DNA of 55,519 bases from a virus (IMGVR_UViG_3300037320_000070:1-55519); one strand, 5' to 3'; positions 45,885 through 55,013 are shown, counted from the stretch's first letter. Program-made: numbers and translations. Notes: a model not told the origin generated them from the letters alone.

Positions 45885-46085
45885 ATGAATATATCAATGA
45901 GTTTAACTGAGATAGAAAGTAACTTAATTTTAAATGGAGATGTGGCTATAGTCAGTATTAGTCAAATTAATAAATCAAGTAAGTTTCTAAAAAGTGTATT
46001 ATCCGAAGATGATTTTAAATTATTACAATCTGAGTATAATATAGATTATAATGAAATAGTACCATCGGGAGGTTACAGTGAATAA
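45885..46085 (+). CDS. Hypothetical protein
   Basis: Start moved to ATG 45885. Confidence 0.55.
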   Translation: MNISMSLTEIESNLILNGDVAIVSISQINKSSKFLKSVLSEDDFKLLQSEYNIDYNEIVPSGGYSE

Positions 46086-46257
46086 TATTAAAATGCACAA
46101 CGGTATATTAGAAATCAATATCTATGATATCGAATTTTGTAATAGTTTCCTGAAAAGTGTATTATCCGAACCCAAGTATTTAGAAGTTATGCGTAAGATA
46201 TGTGATGCAAAATACGTTCCTGAAAGATATATTAATGTGGAATGCAAAATACAGTAA
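46078..46257 (+). CDS. Hypothetical protein, partial paralog of the upstream ORF (not in the ORF track)
   Basis: GTG start behind GGAGG; shares FLKSVLSE. Confidence 0.55.
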   Translation: MNNIKMHNGILEINIYDIEFCNSFLKSVLSEPKYLEVMRKICDAKYVPERYINVECKIQ

Positions 46258-46502
46258 TGCAACCGTCATGCAAATTTATAGTTGGCGAAACTGTGGTTAC
46301 TAATTTTCACAAATCAGAATCAAATCTAGTTAGAGTAGTAACCGACATATCAAAATACAAATATTCTCAAACTGGATGGTGCGTTCATAGTTATTGCGCG
46401 CTTAGTAAATCTAAAAACTTATCCATCGACTCAGCTTGGTATACCTCAATAATAGAATATAATTCAGATATTTCCAATTTTAACATTGACAAATTTATGT
46501 AA
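46242..46502 (+). CDS. Hypothetical protein
   Basis: ORF track. Confidence 0.55.
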   Translation: MQNTVMQPSCKFIVGETVVTNFHKSESNLVRVVTDISKYKYSQTGWCVHSYCALSKSKNLSIDSAWYTSIIEYNSDISNFNIDKFM

Positions 46503-47075
46503 ATATTTACGATATGATTCTCTTCGATTATCCCCATTAGATACTTCATCTTCTGTAAATCCTACACCCAGTAAGAACTTTTTTTGGGCGGTTGCGGCTT
46601 TTACTTTCTTCATCCAATCAATTACCGCTTTTTCAAATTTAGCTTGATCAAATGTCATATCATATCTTTCTGCATATGTTTTAATTTCGTGGCATGGCTT
46701 ACAGAATATTTGCAAATCATCTAACGTTACATCTAAAATACTACGTGTAAATTGTTCAGCATCGGCAAGACTCAGCAATTGATGTTCACCCACTTTGTGA
46801 TCGGTTTCAACATCGGTCATTTTAAACATGCCATTGCAATTCTCACACTCACACAGCCACTTTGTACGAGTATCGGGGTTCATATCAGATATACGTGCCA
46901 TTTCTAGCTTGAGTAGGCGTACAGGTGACATCATCCAAGTTTTTCGGACATTACTACGGAGTATTGAACACATTTGTTTTTCTGTTAACCTACCATTGCC
47001 ACCGGAAATCTTTTTTTCTAATGATGCCTTGAAATCTTTCTTCTTTTGTAGGTCAATCGCGCTTGGTAAAGCCAT
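46464..47075 (-). CDS. HNH-type endonuclease
   Basis: CECENC..., VETDH, LQIFCKPCHEIKT; the only minus-strand gene in this block. Confidence 0.75.
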   Translation of the reverse strand: MALPSAIDLQKKKDFKASLEKKISGGNGRLTEKQMCSILRSNVRKTWMMSPVRLLKLEMARISDMNPDTRTKWLCECENCNGMFKMTDVETDHKVGEHQLLSLADAEQFTRSILDVTLDDLQIFCKPCHEIKTYAERYDMTFDQAKFEKAVIDWMKKVKAATAQKKFLLGVGFTEDEVSNGDNRRESYRKYLHKFVNVKIGNI

Positions 47076-47160
47076 TTTAAGCATATCCTAATTTTTCTAT
47101 TGTACAAATATTTATATGTGCTACAATTCGCATTAATTCGAAATATTAGAGAGATATATT

Positions 47161-47358
47161 ATGAAAAAAATAAAGAAAATACTGGCTGGTGTCATATTAT
47201 ACGGAATAATAACTAATTTAGTAGCTACGGTTCACTATTATGATGGTGGTGAAAATGGTGATTATCTTTGGGCATTTATTGTGGCAAACGTGACTGTGCT
47301 TTTTGCTGGATTAATCTTAACACTATGTGTATGGTCAATTGATACTATTATAGAATAA
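47161..47358 (+). CDS. Small two-TM membrane protein
   Basis: Hydrophobic; TATATTATG start context. Confidence 0.6.
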   Translation: MKKIKKILAGVILYGIITNLVATVHYYDGGENGDYLWAFIVANVTVLFAGLILTLCVWSIDTIIE

Positions 47359-47373
47359 AATTTGGAGAAACAT

Positions 47374-47787
47374 ATGTACACAATTGAAGTAGAATATCAA
47401 ACTGGTAACTCATTTCATTCATCGGTAGAAACCAGTGAAATTGGTCTAGTATTCACAACGAGAGAATACGCACAAAAGGCATTAGCCGTTATCAAAGAAC
47501 ATAATGATCTTTATACGAGTAATGAATCTTGGGAAAATCGCCACAAATCATTCAAAGAAGTTAACAAAAATAATAACAAAATGCATTGGTGCATCAAAGC
47601 TGTAGAAATCTCTAATAATAAATATATAAATGATTGTGATGATAGATGGAAATTTCTGTGTGCTGTTGAGGTTGCAGACGGCGAATGGCGTAAAATGAAC
47701 GTTAGTATGTGGACAGGATATTTCGAAGAACTACGTTCAGCCGATGTAATTTCTGTTGGTGATAGTAAAGATTCTATTTCATTTTAG
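47374..47787 (+). CDS. Hypothetical protein
   Basis: GGAG RBS before ATG 47374. Confidence 0.7.
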   Translation: MYTIEVEYQTGNSFHSSVETSEIGLVFTTREYAQKALAVIKEHNDLYTSNESWENRHKSFKEVNKNNNKMHWCIKAVEISNNKYINDCDDRWKFLCAVEVADGEWRKMNVSMWTGYFEELRSADVISVGDSKDSISF

Positions 47788-47789
47788 AG

Positions 47790-47797
47790 TATAAATA
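47790..47797 (+). promoter_or_regulatory. T4-type late promoter
   Basis: Intergenic TATAAATA before 47823. Confidence 0.7.
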
Positions 47798-47822
47798 TTA
47801 TTTTACAAGAGGAATTAAAACA

Positions 47823-48116
47823 ATGTCAGCAAAAGGTTTAAGAAAACGTATTAACTCTGCACCGTTTGGCTTTAGGTATGTTCATTTAGTTAAAGATTGC
47901 GAGAATCCAGATCGACAATATTATTTAGATGTTATCACCGAATTAAATAAATCGCATTGTGGTAAATTGTTTGGTAACATTGCAACTAAGTATTTAGAAA
48001 AAATGGACGAGTTGGAAGCAAGGAACATTTATGAGAAGACGATTAAAAAAGCAAAGAATTCAGAGAAGAAGACTAGCTTGGCAGATCGACTTAAAGGAAA
48101 GTTTTATAAAAAATAA
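47823..48116 (+). CDS. Basic hypothetical late protein
   Basis: GAGGA RBS; late promoter. Confidence 0.7.
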   Translation: MSAKGLRKRINSAPFGFRYVHLVKDCENPDRQYYLDVITELNKSHCGKLFGNIATKYLEKMDELEARNIYEKTIKKAKNSEKKTSLADRLKGKFYKK

Positions 48117-48126
48117 GGTGATTTGA

Positions 48127-49776
48127 ATGGAACAGCAATATATAGATTTATGTAAACGTATTATTAATGATGGAAAGTGGGTAATGAATGAGCGAACTGG
48201 AAAGCGGTGCTTGACAGTTATCAATGCAGACTTCGAATATGACTGTAGTGAGGGCAAAATGCCCATCTTAACCACTAAAAAGGCATATTGGAAGTCTGCT
48301 ATTGCTGAAATGATTGGATACCTCAGAGGGTATACTAGTGCCGCCGATTTTCGCGCACTTGGTTGTAATACTTGGAATGCGAATGCGAATGAAAACGAAG
48401 CTTGGCTAAAAAATCCGCATCGTAAAGGTGTTGATGATATGGGTCGCGCCTATAGATTTAGGGAGTCTGGATACTATAGCAATTCTATAACTATAAAAAA
48501 AGAACCACCAAAAGATATACAAACGCCAAAAGTACAAGAGTTAATAGATCCAGATTATACGTCCAATAAACACAATTTGATAGGAAATCTACACAATTCC
48601 AATAGTTATGGACGTTTTGTTGTTATAAATGAACATACTAAAAATGGTGAATCACTTGAGCTATTTTTTGATATACAATTTTTAAAAACTGGATACATTA
48701 AAAAATCTGTACGTAAAGCTGAAATTTTAAAAGGTGAGATTAGAGATATATATTTTCCGATAGTTTGTGGTATAGGTTGCTATGGAGATCTAAATGCATT
48801 TGATACTTACCTTATCGATATATTAAAACCAGTATGGCGAAATATGATTGGTAGATGTTACGAAGAGTCTAACAATAGAACTGTGTGGTATAAGGATGAA
48901 GGTGTTTTTGTAGATAGCCGATGGTTAGTATTTGAAAACTTCGTTAATGACTTTACCAAACTACCAAGATGGGAATTAAAGAAAGTGTTTCCAGAAGAAT
49001 ATTCATTAGATAAAGATTGGTCGAACTCTAATTATTATTCAATAGATACATGCAGATGGGCTACTAAAAAGGAACAATCTGTAAATTCTCGAAGTACAAA
49101 TACATTTATTGCTAAAAATTTAGAAACTGGTGAAACTGTACTAGCTAAAGGCGCGGCAGAATTTGGAAAAAAATATAATTTACCTAAAAATTTCGCCGCA
49201 AATATTATAGGTAAATATGTTTATGGTGATACATTTGTATATCATAATTGGGAAATTACAAAAAAATGCCCAAGTGATATATTATATACAGAGGTAGACC
49301 AGTTTAAAGAAATATACGCAAAGATTAAATTAGGTATAGACGACCGTAGATTAATAATGACAGCATATCAACCACATAGCAGACAACAAGAATGCTTACC
49401 CGCGTGTATGCACACTCATACCTTTTCTATATTAGATGGTACTTTATACCTAACCAGCTATCAGCGTTCTATTGATGTGCCATTAGGATTAGGATTTAAC
49501 CAAATTCAGTGTTTCTTTTTACTATCAATTATGGCACAAATTACTAATCTAAAAGCGGGTACAGTGTATCACAAATTAGTCAATTGTCATATTTACGAGG
49601 ATCAACTGGATCTGCTCAAAGAACAGATTGAACGTAAACCATTTAAACAACCGACATTCAAAACGAACGCAAACATTAAAACATTATGGGATTTAGAAAA
49701 TTGGGTCACATTAGATGATTTTTCTTTAGAAGGGTATCAACATCATTCAGCCATTAAATTTCCATTCAGCGTATAA
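48127..49776 (+). CDS. td: Thymidylate synthase with in-frame HNH-type endonuclease insertion
   Basis: ThyA N-part (RTGKRCLTVINAD...DDMGRAY) and C-part (DDRR, CLPACMH, QRSIDVPLG..FN, HIYEDQ) separated by ~280 extra aa. Confidence 0.92.
   Translation: MEQQYIDLCKRIINDGKWVMNERTGKRCLTVINADFEYDCSEGKMPILTTKKAYWKSAIAEMIGYLRGYTSAADFRALGCNTWNANANENEAWLKNPHRKGVDDMGRAYRFRESGYYSNSITIKKEPPKDIQTPKVQELIDPDYTSNKHNLIGNLHNSNSYGRFVVINEHTKNGESLELFFDIQFLKTGYIKKSVRKAEILKGEIRDIYFPIVCGIGCYGDLNAFDTYLIDILKPVWRNMIGRCYEESNNRTVWYKDEGVFVDSRWLVFENFVNDFTKLPRWELKKVFPEEYSLDKDWSNSNYYSIDTCRWATKKEQSVNSRSTNTFIAKNLETGETVLAKGAAEFGKKYNLPKNFAANIIGKYVYGDTFVYHNWEITKKCPSDILYTEVDQFKEIYAKIKLGIDDRRLIMTAYQPHSRQQECLPACMHTHTFSILDGTLYLTSYQRSIDVPLGLGFNQIQCFFLLSIMAQITNLKAGTVYHKLVNCHIYEDQLDLLKEQIERKPFKQPTFKTNANIKTLWDLENWVTLDDFSLEGYQHHSAIKFPFSV
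48454..49290 (+). mobile_element. In-frame homing-endonuclease-like (HNH) insertion within td
   Basis: WRNMIGRCY, V.VDSRW..FENF..D, YSLDKD, YS.DTCRWAT..EQ..N motifs typical of phage HNH endonucleases; boundaries approximate. Confidence 0.8.
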
Positions 49777-49788
49777 TTAAAATACCAC

Positions 49789-49841
49789 TTGACACCATAA
49801 GCCTAATTGATTTATAGTAAACATAAGCAATTAGGCTTTTT
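49789..49841 (+). terminator. Hairpin with U-tail nested in a TTGACA promoter
   Basis: AAGCCTAATTG...CAATTAGGCTT then TTT. Confidence 0.55.
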
Positions 49842-49855
49842 ATTGGAGTAATATT

Positions 49856-50074
49856 ATGATTCAGGAATTTGTTAGTACAATGGGTATGCTTGACCAATTC
49901 ATACTTTTTATAGTAATGGCGTATGGAATTTGGATAGGTTTTAGAAACTTTTTTATTACAGTGGTATATACTATTCGCGGTAATGCAAATCAATTGACTT
50001 CGACTACCGCAGTTGAATTTGCTGATTATATATTTTATGTGCTAGTAATATACTTAATTTATAGTTACGTGTAA
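49856..50074 (+). CDS. Small membrane protein
   Basis: GGAG RBS, two hydrophobic segments. Confidence 0.6.
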   Translation: MIQEFVSTMGMLDQFILFIVMAYGIWIGFRNFFITVVYTIRGNANQLTSTTAVEFADYIFYVLVIYLIYSYV

Positions 50075-50084
50075 GGTACTCATA

Positions 50085-50750
50085 ATGAACATTGACCAAA
50101 AATCCAAAAAAATTATTATAACCGATGTTGATGGTGTAATTACATCATGGCAATCAGGTCTACCTTTCTTTTTACATGAGCGAGGTTTATCAACTATACC
50201 CGCCATAGGCAATATATTAGATGAAATATATCTAAAGCCAAGTGAATTATTTAGAGACGCGCGCGGAAAATCCGTATCAGAATGCGCCGCAATGGATCTA
50301 TTTGAAGAATATAATTCATCCGATTACATTCGGACGTTACCCGCATATAATGACGCATTAGATGTAATCAATCAAATGCGACACAGATACAGATTTATAG
50401 CTGTTAGTGCATTATGCGATACCGCAAAAGCGTACAGTAATCGATTGAAAAATCTTGATTGCCTATTTCCAAACGCATTCGATAGTCTACATCTTTCGGG
50501 TGCGGGTAAAACTAAGGTTCATATTTTCTGTAATCTCATTAGCGATATCGGTAAAGAAGATATTGTATGCTATATTGATGATAGGGTAGACCATTTAGAT
50601 CAATTTGATAAAGCTTACAAGAATATAATTGGTGAAGATGCGCCGTTGTTATTCCAAATGAATCGTAGATCGCAACCCAAACATACCAGCCCAAATACAG
50701 TACCAGTTAATAATTGGTATCAAATAGAGGGAAAATTATGTCGTATGTAA
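50085..50750 (+). CDS. HAD-family nucleotidase, T4 30.2-like
   Basis: IITDVDGVITSWQSGLPFF, YNSSDYI..L.AY.DAL..IN, CYIDD. Confidence 0.85.
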   Translation: MNIDQKSKKIIITDVDGVITSWQSGLPFFLHERGLSTIPAIGNILDEIYLKPSELFRDARGKSVSECAAMDLFEEYNSSDYIRTLPAYNDALDVINQMRHRYRFIAVSALCDTAKAYSNRLKNLDCLFPNAFDSLHLSGAGKTKVHIFCNLISDIGKEDIVCYIDDRVDHLDQFDKAYKNIIGEDAPLLFQMNRRSQPKHTSPNTVPVNNWYQIEGKLCRM

Positions 50751-51142
50751 TCCGCGATTCAATCTTAATCCGCAATTCAATGATTACCCCAGATGGTACT
50801 CACATGGAATCCGTTTACGAAAAAGATGAACGGCGATATACGGATGCCAATGGTGAAGAATATTTTCTTGCGGGAGGTTGTGAGTATATTCATAGGTCTG
50901 CTAATATAATTCCAGTTATAAATACATGTATTTTTTCCAATGAAGATTTTGGAAAGGTTCGACTACACTATAAAATAGTTGAATATGGAATTGACAGTGG
51001 GGTAACACCTACCTATACGATATTGGCAAATCTGGCAACTCATATAATTCAAGAAAAATTAGATTCTGGGTGGTGTTCTTCCAAAGAATCTGATAGACTA
51101 CTTGATAATGAATTAAAGTTTAGGAAAAATTATGAAAGGTAA
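50738..51142 (+). CDS. Conserved phage hypothetical protein
   Basis: NSM.TPDGT..ES...Y.DANG.EY...GG.EY..RS. Confidence 0.7.
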   Translation: MSYVIRDSILIRNSMITPDGTHMESVYEKDERRYTDANGEEYFLAGGCEYIHRSANIIPVINTCIFSNEDFGKVRLHYKIVEYGIDSGVTPTYTILANLATHIIQEKLDSGWCSSKESDRLLDNELKFRKNYER

Positions 51143-51731
51143 AGACCAACTAAGCGGCGAATCGGGATTCTTCGACTTTGATTATCCAGACAATGAATTC
51201 ATTTCAAAAGCCGTTGTAATGGGTGGTGGTAATGTATGTATGCGGCTAGTTGCCGATTCAACACTTGGATATGGTGTCAGTTTTGCAGAATCGAATATAG
51301 TAGATGGTGTGCGGGTAGATGGTGAACCCGCCATGGAGGTTTTATCAAAAACGGTTGAACCTTTGGATGCAATTATAGATTCATTTAAAGTTGCTAAACG
51401 GCATCTATTACTTGACTTAGGTAATGCAGATCCGCATGTTGGTATCAATGGCGAAATTCGTGGCGAAGAACGAATTGTATCAGCCGCTAATCGCTTATCG
51501 TGTGGATTGATAGTAACAGGTGCTAGACATTGCGATAAGCTCATGAATGCGCAAGCGCGCGCGGCTGGGCTGAATTTGACTAGGTCCGAACAAGGATTTG
51601 TTAACCAGCGTGGTGAATATCTATCAAGAACCGAAGCTTGGCAAGTAGCAAAAACAGCAAATCAAATTATATTTAGATGTGGCGGTGATACCTCAGATGG
51701 TGGTGCGCTATATTCTGAAAATTTATATTAA
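51132..51731 (+). CDS. Conserved phage hypothetical protein
   Basis: IVSAANR...GARH.D...EQGF.NQ.GEYL.R.EA..A...LYSENLY. Confidence 0.7.
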   Translation: MKGKDQLSGESGFFDFDYPDNEFISKAVVMGGGNVCMRLVADSTLGYGVSFAESNIVDGVRVDGEPAMEVLSKTVEPLDAIIDSFKVAKRHLLLDLGNADPHVGINGEIRGEERIVSAANRLSCGLIVTGARHCDKLMNAQARAAGLNLTRSEQGFVNQRGEYLSRTEAWQVAKTANQIIFRCGGDTSDGGALYSENLY

Positions 51732-51740
51732 GGAATTACG

Positions 51741-52844
51741 ATGGAAGTCTTAGATTATTTAAACAGCCCAGACCGTACGCGAGATCCGATAGCAGACTTG
51801 TACGATCAATTTGCCATAAAATCCAGCTATAACGAGGAATATCAATTACATGTACTCAACTATAGCCAGATTGATAGCCCAAAATTTCACCCAATTACAG
51901 CGGAATGCCGTTCGTTAGTTGTCGAGTGGTGTAAACCATCTAAGCAATTTCAATTAGTCTCGCGCGCGTTCGACCGATTCTTTAATTATGGTGAGGGTGA
52001 ATCTACCGAAGGTGATTCTGGGAGAATGCTCGCATGTGAAAAACTGGATGGTAGCCTAGTTACATTATTCTATTATAATGATGAATGGCTATACCGAACA
52101 AAATCAATGATTATGCCGACATTGGAAATCAACGGATTAACCGCTACTTGGAAAGAGGTTATTGAAGAAGCATTTGATTGGGATAACATGCCAACTGGTA
52201 TGCTGAATAAGTCACATTCGTATATATTTGAAGTCACTTCACCAGAAAATCGTGTGGTTGTTCGATATAAAGAGCGCGCCGCTACATTATTATCAATTCG
52301 TAATAACGACACTGGTGAGTATCTTGATCGTGGGTACGCTGACATTTTCGCCCTACATTTAGCAGTTAACCGACCTAAAATGTATGTGTTCCAAACATTC
52401 GAAGATGTGTTCAAGGCGGTTAAAGAATTACCTAATCTGGAAGAAGGTTATGTGATGTATCTGAATAATGAACCGTATAAAAAGCTAAAGAACCCAGCAT
52501 ATGTTGCGGCGCATCATTTACGTGGTGAAGGGCTTAACCCTAAAAGGCTAATGGATTTACTTATTATGAATGAGGTTGATGAATACCTATCAGTATTTCC
52601 AGAGGATAAGGCGATATTTGAACCATATACTATCGCATTTAATGACGTTTTTGTATATGCTTCGTTTGTGTATAATACTAATAGAGATATCGAAAGTCAA
52701 AAAGACTTTGCTCTACAAGTAAAAGATTCGCCTGTATCTGGGTTAATGTTTGCCATGCGAAAGGGTGTTGAATTAAAGGATGCATTTGAAGCGTTGTCAA
52801 CAAATTCAAAATATGGGCTAATTAATAAGTTTATGACCGTATAA
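51741..52844 (+). CDS. rnlA: RNA ligase 1 (RnlA/gp63-like)
   Basis: ECRSLV, RAFDRFFNYGE, EKLDGS adenylation motif, FEVTSPENRVVV.Y, EEGYV, KLKN..Y. Confidence 0.9.
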   Translation: MEVLDYLNSPDRTRDPIADLYDQFAIKSSYNEEYQLHVLNYSQIDSPKFHPITAECRSLVVEWCKPSKQFQLVSRAFDRFFNYGEGESTEGDSGRMLACEKLDGSLVTLFYYNDEWLYRTKSMIMPTLEINGLTATWKEVIEEAFDWDNMPTGMLNKSHSYIFEVTSPENRVVVRYKERAATLLSIRNNDTGEYLDRGYADIFALHLAVNRPKMYVFQTFEDVFKAVKELPNLEEGYVMYLNNEPYKKLKNPAYVAAHHLRGEGLNPKRLMDLLIMNEVDEYLSVFPEDKAIFEPYTIAFNDVFVYASFVYNTNRDIESQKDFALQVKDSPVSGLMFAMRKGVELKDAFEALSTNSKYGLINKFMTV

Positions 52845-52954
52845 TGAGTAAAATAAACATAGCGATATTATTTTTTAAATTCGTGGGAATCCTTGTTTTG
52901 GGGTGTGTTTTATTCACTATATACAGTCTACTTTCTTTTATATTTACCGGATAA
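52844..52954 (+). CDS. Very small membrane peptide (not in the ORF track)
   Basis: TAATG coupling; 36 hydrophobic aa. Confidence 0.45.
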   Translation: MSKINIAILFFKFVGILVLGCVLFTIYSLLSFIFTG

Positions 52955-52959
52955 GTGAT

Positions 52960-53247
52960 ATGAAAATGATAACCAGAAAAATTGAACTAAGTACCGAAAT
53001 CGATGTTATGTTCACAGATCCTACAAAAGCCACAGAATACTTTAATAGTGGTGAATGGGCTGAAATGTTTCTTACGCATGATGATGATATGGATAAATTA
53101 GCCAATGATCTAGGGATTACGTTTCATCAAATACAAGAAACTCATAGTGATGAAAACATTGACCGATTTGTAGAAGGGGTTCATCCATTTATAAGCGCGC
53201 GGCGGCGCGGCTATCTGGATATTACGTTTCGTTTGACATTGAGATAA
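52960..53247 (+). CDS. Hypothetical protein
   Basis: Start moved to MKMITRK. Confidence 0.55.
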   Translation: MKMITRKIELSTEIDVMFTDPTKATEYFNSGEWAEMFLTHDDDMDKLANDLGITFHQIQETHSDENIDRFVEGVHPFISARRRGYLDITFRLTLR

Positions 53248-53252
53248 ATTAT

Positions 53253-53594
53253 ATGAAAACCAATATTAAGATAACCAGTTTCGAGATTAAAAGCATATTA
53301 GCTGACCTGACCCATGCTATAGAGTTAGTAAACATGCCTTGCTTGCAGATTGTAGAAAAGTCATTTTGTGGGATAACTTGGAAAGGAAAGGGATTATCCA
53401 CAAACAAAATAAACGTTGATAAAAATAAACTTACACATTACTATAATAGTACATTCTTTGGGCATACATTTGGTCTTACTAGTTCTTACATTATACTACG
53501 AGATATAGTGCGCCTTTATTCAGTCAATCCAGAAATGTGCCTTGACCCAGATGAAATTAAGGTACTAAAACCATATTTAGTTAATAGGAATTAA
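53253..53594 (+). CDS. Hypothetical protein
   Basis: ORF track. Confidence 0.6.
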   Translation: MKTNIKITSFEIKSILADLTHAIELVNMPCLQIVEKSFCGITWKGKGLSTNKINVDKNKLTHYYNSTFFGHTFGLTSSYIILRDIVRLYSVNPEMCLDPDEIKVLKPYLVNRN

Positions 53595-53596
53595 TA

Positions 53597-53670
53597 TGCA
53601 AATCAGAAGAGTCGAACTAAGTGCGGAAGTTGATGTTATGAGTAAAATAGTGCTTGCATTCCGAATCTAA
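53597..53670 (+). pseudogene. Truncated remnant paralogous to the start of the 52960 ORF
   Basis: MQIRRVELSAEVDVM vs MITRKIELSTEIDVM; ends after 24 codons inside the next promoter. Confidence 0.45.
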
Positions 53671-53713
53671 GTACTGTATTATATAGTTCTACTAAGGAAT
53701 TAAGGACTACATT

Positions 53714-53941
53714 ATGAGATTGACGTTTGATTCATTAAATTACTCAAGAACTGCTGGAATGTTTACAGTCAGTGGTAAAAACTACTTGAGTGTTGTTGGC
53801 TTATTAAAAAGCGAGCATGGAGTTGATGGAATTGAGCATGATGTTGATAATGAAGAATATACATTTTCCTTTAACAAGACCATATTAGATACGATTTGCA
53901 TTAAAGAATTATATCGTGAAGCCAAAAGGTTGACAAAATGA
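53714..53941 (+). CDS. Hypothetical protein
   Basis: AAGGA RBS; TTGCAT promoter upstream. Confidence 0.65.
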   Translation: MRLTFDSLNYSRTAGMFTVSGKNYLSVVGLLKSEHGVDGIEHDVDNEEYTFSFNKTILDTICIKELYREAKRLTK

Positions 53942-54129
53942 AAGGCATTACTCAATTAACAGCAATGGAAAAAATTAGAGTGTTATCTATTAAGCAATAT
54001 TTGCTAACTGAAGCAAAAAATATTTCAAATATTGAAGAATGTCCGGTAACTAGAACAGCTCTGCGAAGTATAAAATTGGCTATTGACTGTATTGATAGGG
54101 CTTATCAAGGTACGGATTTGGAAAAATAA
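53938..54129 (+). CDS. Hypothetical protein
   Basis: ATGA overlap. Confidence 0.55.
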   Translation: MKGITQLTAMEKIRVLSIKQYLLTEAKNISNIEECPVTRTALRSIKLAIDCIDRAYQGTDLEK

Positions 54130-54131
54130 TT

Positions 54132-54599
54132 ATGAAGGGATTTAGAGAAGTACCATGTAGTAATGTACTACAATCTTTAATTCGTTATACTTTTGAAGAA
54201 AGAAAGCATACTGATGCATATTCCAGTGCTATACAAGATTTTAAAAATGATTATGATGGTGTAACTACCGGAACAATATTTTGGAATAGGCGAGTAATGC
54301 CATTTAATGAAATATTATATAATCATCTTGGTCGAGTTGGGGACGGTAGGAGTGCAGTGTACAGCACAGTGCATGAAAAACTGATTGATCTTCATTACAT
54401 AAGTAATTATTCTGATAATTCTCAATTTTCTAGTGCAGAATTTGAGGAAAATCGTGCAGATTTTCAAAAAATTGCCAACGTATTAGACGATTTATTGACT
54501 ATAGATTTTAATGATGATGAACATTTTGTATCGGTCGATTCAAAAATTTGTAAATTTATATCAACATTTAATAAAAAAACTATTGACACCATGATTTAG
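54132..54599 (+). CDS. Hypothetical protein
   Basis: ORF track. Confidence 0.65.
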   Translation: MKGFREVPCSNVLQSLIRYTFEERKHTDAYSSAIQDFKNDYDGVTTGTIFWNRRVMPFNEILYNHLGRVGDGRSAVYSTVHEKLIDLHYISNYSDNSQFSSAEFEENRADFQKIANVLDDLLTIDFNDDEHFVSVDSKICKFISTFNKKTIDTMI

Positions 54600-54650
54600 T
54601 ATGGTAATATAGGTACTCATTCAGAGACACCAACTAGCGAGAAATATATT

Positions 54651-55010
54651 ATGGCTTATTTTACACAAGAAATGAAAAAAGCAGTTGCATCAAAGTTAAA
54701 GGCAATTGGCAAAAAGTATGGCGTTAAATTATCAATTAGCGTTAGAAATTACAGTAAGCTAGTAATTGTTGTACAATCTGGTAGTGTTGACTTTTCTGAA
54801 AAAGTTGAAGAAGCTAGATTAAGATATACTGGTAAAAGATGGGGCTTCTATGTAAATGAAGATGCTACAAATCTAATGAATGAATTAAATGACACCGCAC
54901 ATGTCGGTAATCATGATAATTCTGACATTATGACTGACTACTTTGATGTTGGTTACTATGTCGATGTTCAGGTTGGAAAGTGGGATAAACCTTACATTCA
55001 AACAAATTAA
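54651..55010 (+). CDS. LPD29-like conserved phage protein
   Basis: GVKLSISVRNYS...DNSDIMTDYFDVGYY...GKWDKPY; TTGACA promoter at 54583. Confidence 0.65.
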   Translation: MAYFTQEMKKAVASKLKAIGKKYGVKLSISVRNYSKLVIVVQSGSVDFSEKVEEARLRYTGKRWGFYVNEDATNLMNELNDTAHVGNHDNSDIMTDYFDVGYYVDVQVGKWDKPYIQTN

Positions 55011-55013
55011 TGC

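Noticed and set aside
48454-49290. Canonical intein or T4-type group I intron in td
   Set aside because: No intein terminal residues (HN is followed by W, or lies mid-insert), no stop codon and no recognisable P/Q/R/S core by eye; kept as an atypical insertion instead.
1753-50925. Intragenic TATAAATA matches (1753, 12789, 14040, about 50917)
   Set aside because: Expected by chance in an AT-rich genome; only intergenic copies positioned before genes were called.
828-52414. Many short antisense or out-of-frame ORFs in the track (e.g. 828-1061, 4456-4785, 8973-9524, 27732-28417, 38740-39117, 51182-51544, 52073-52414)
   Set aside because: They are fully nested in well-supported genes and lack RBS or motifs; they are shadow ORFs.
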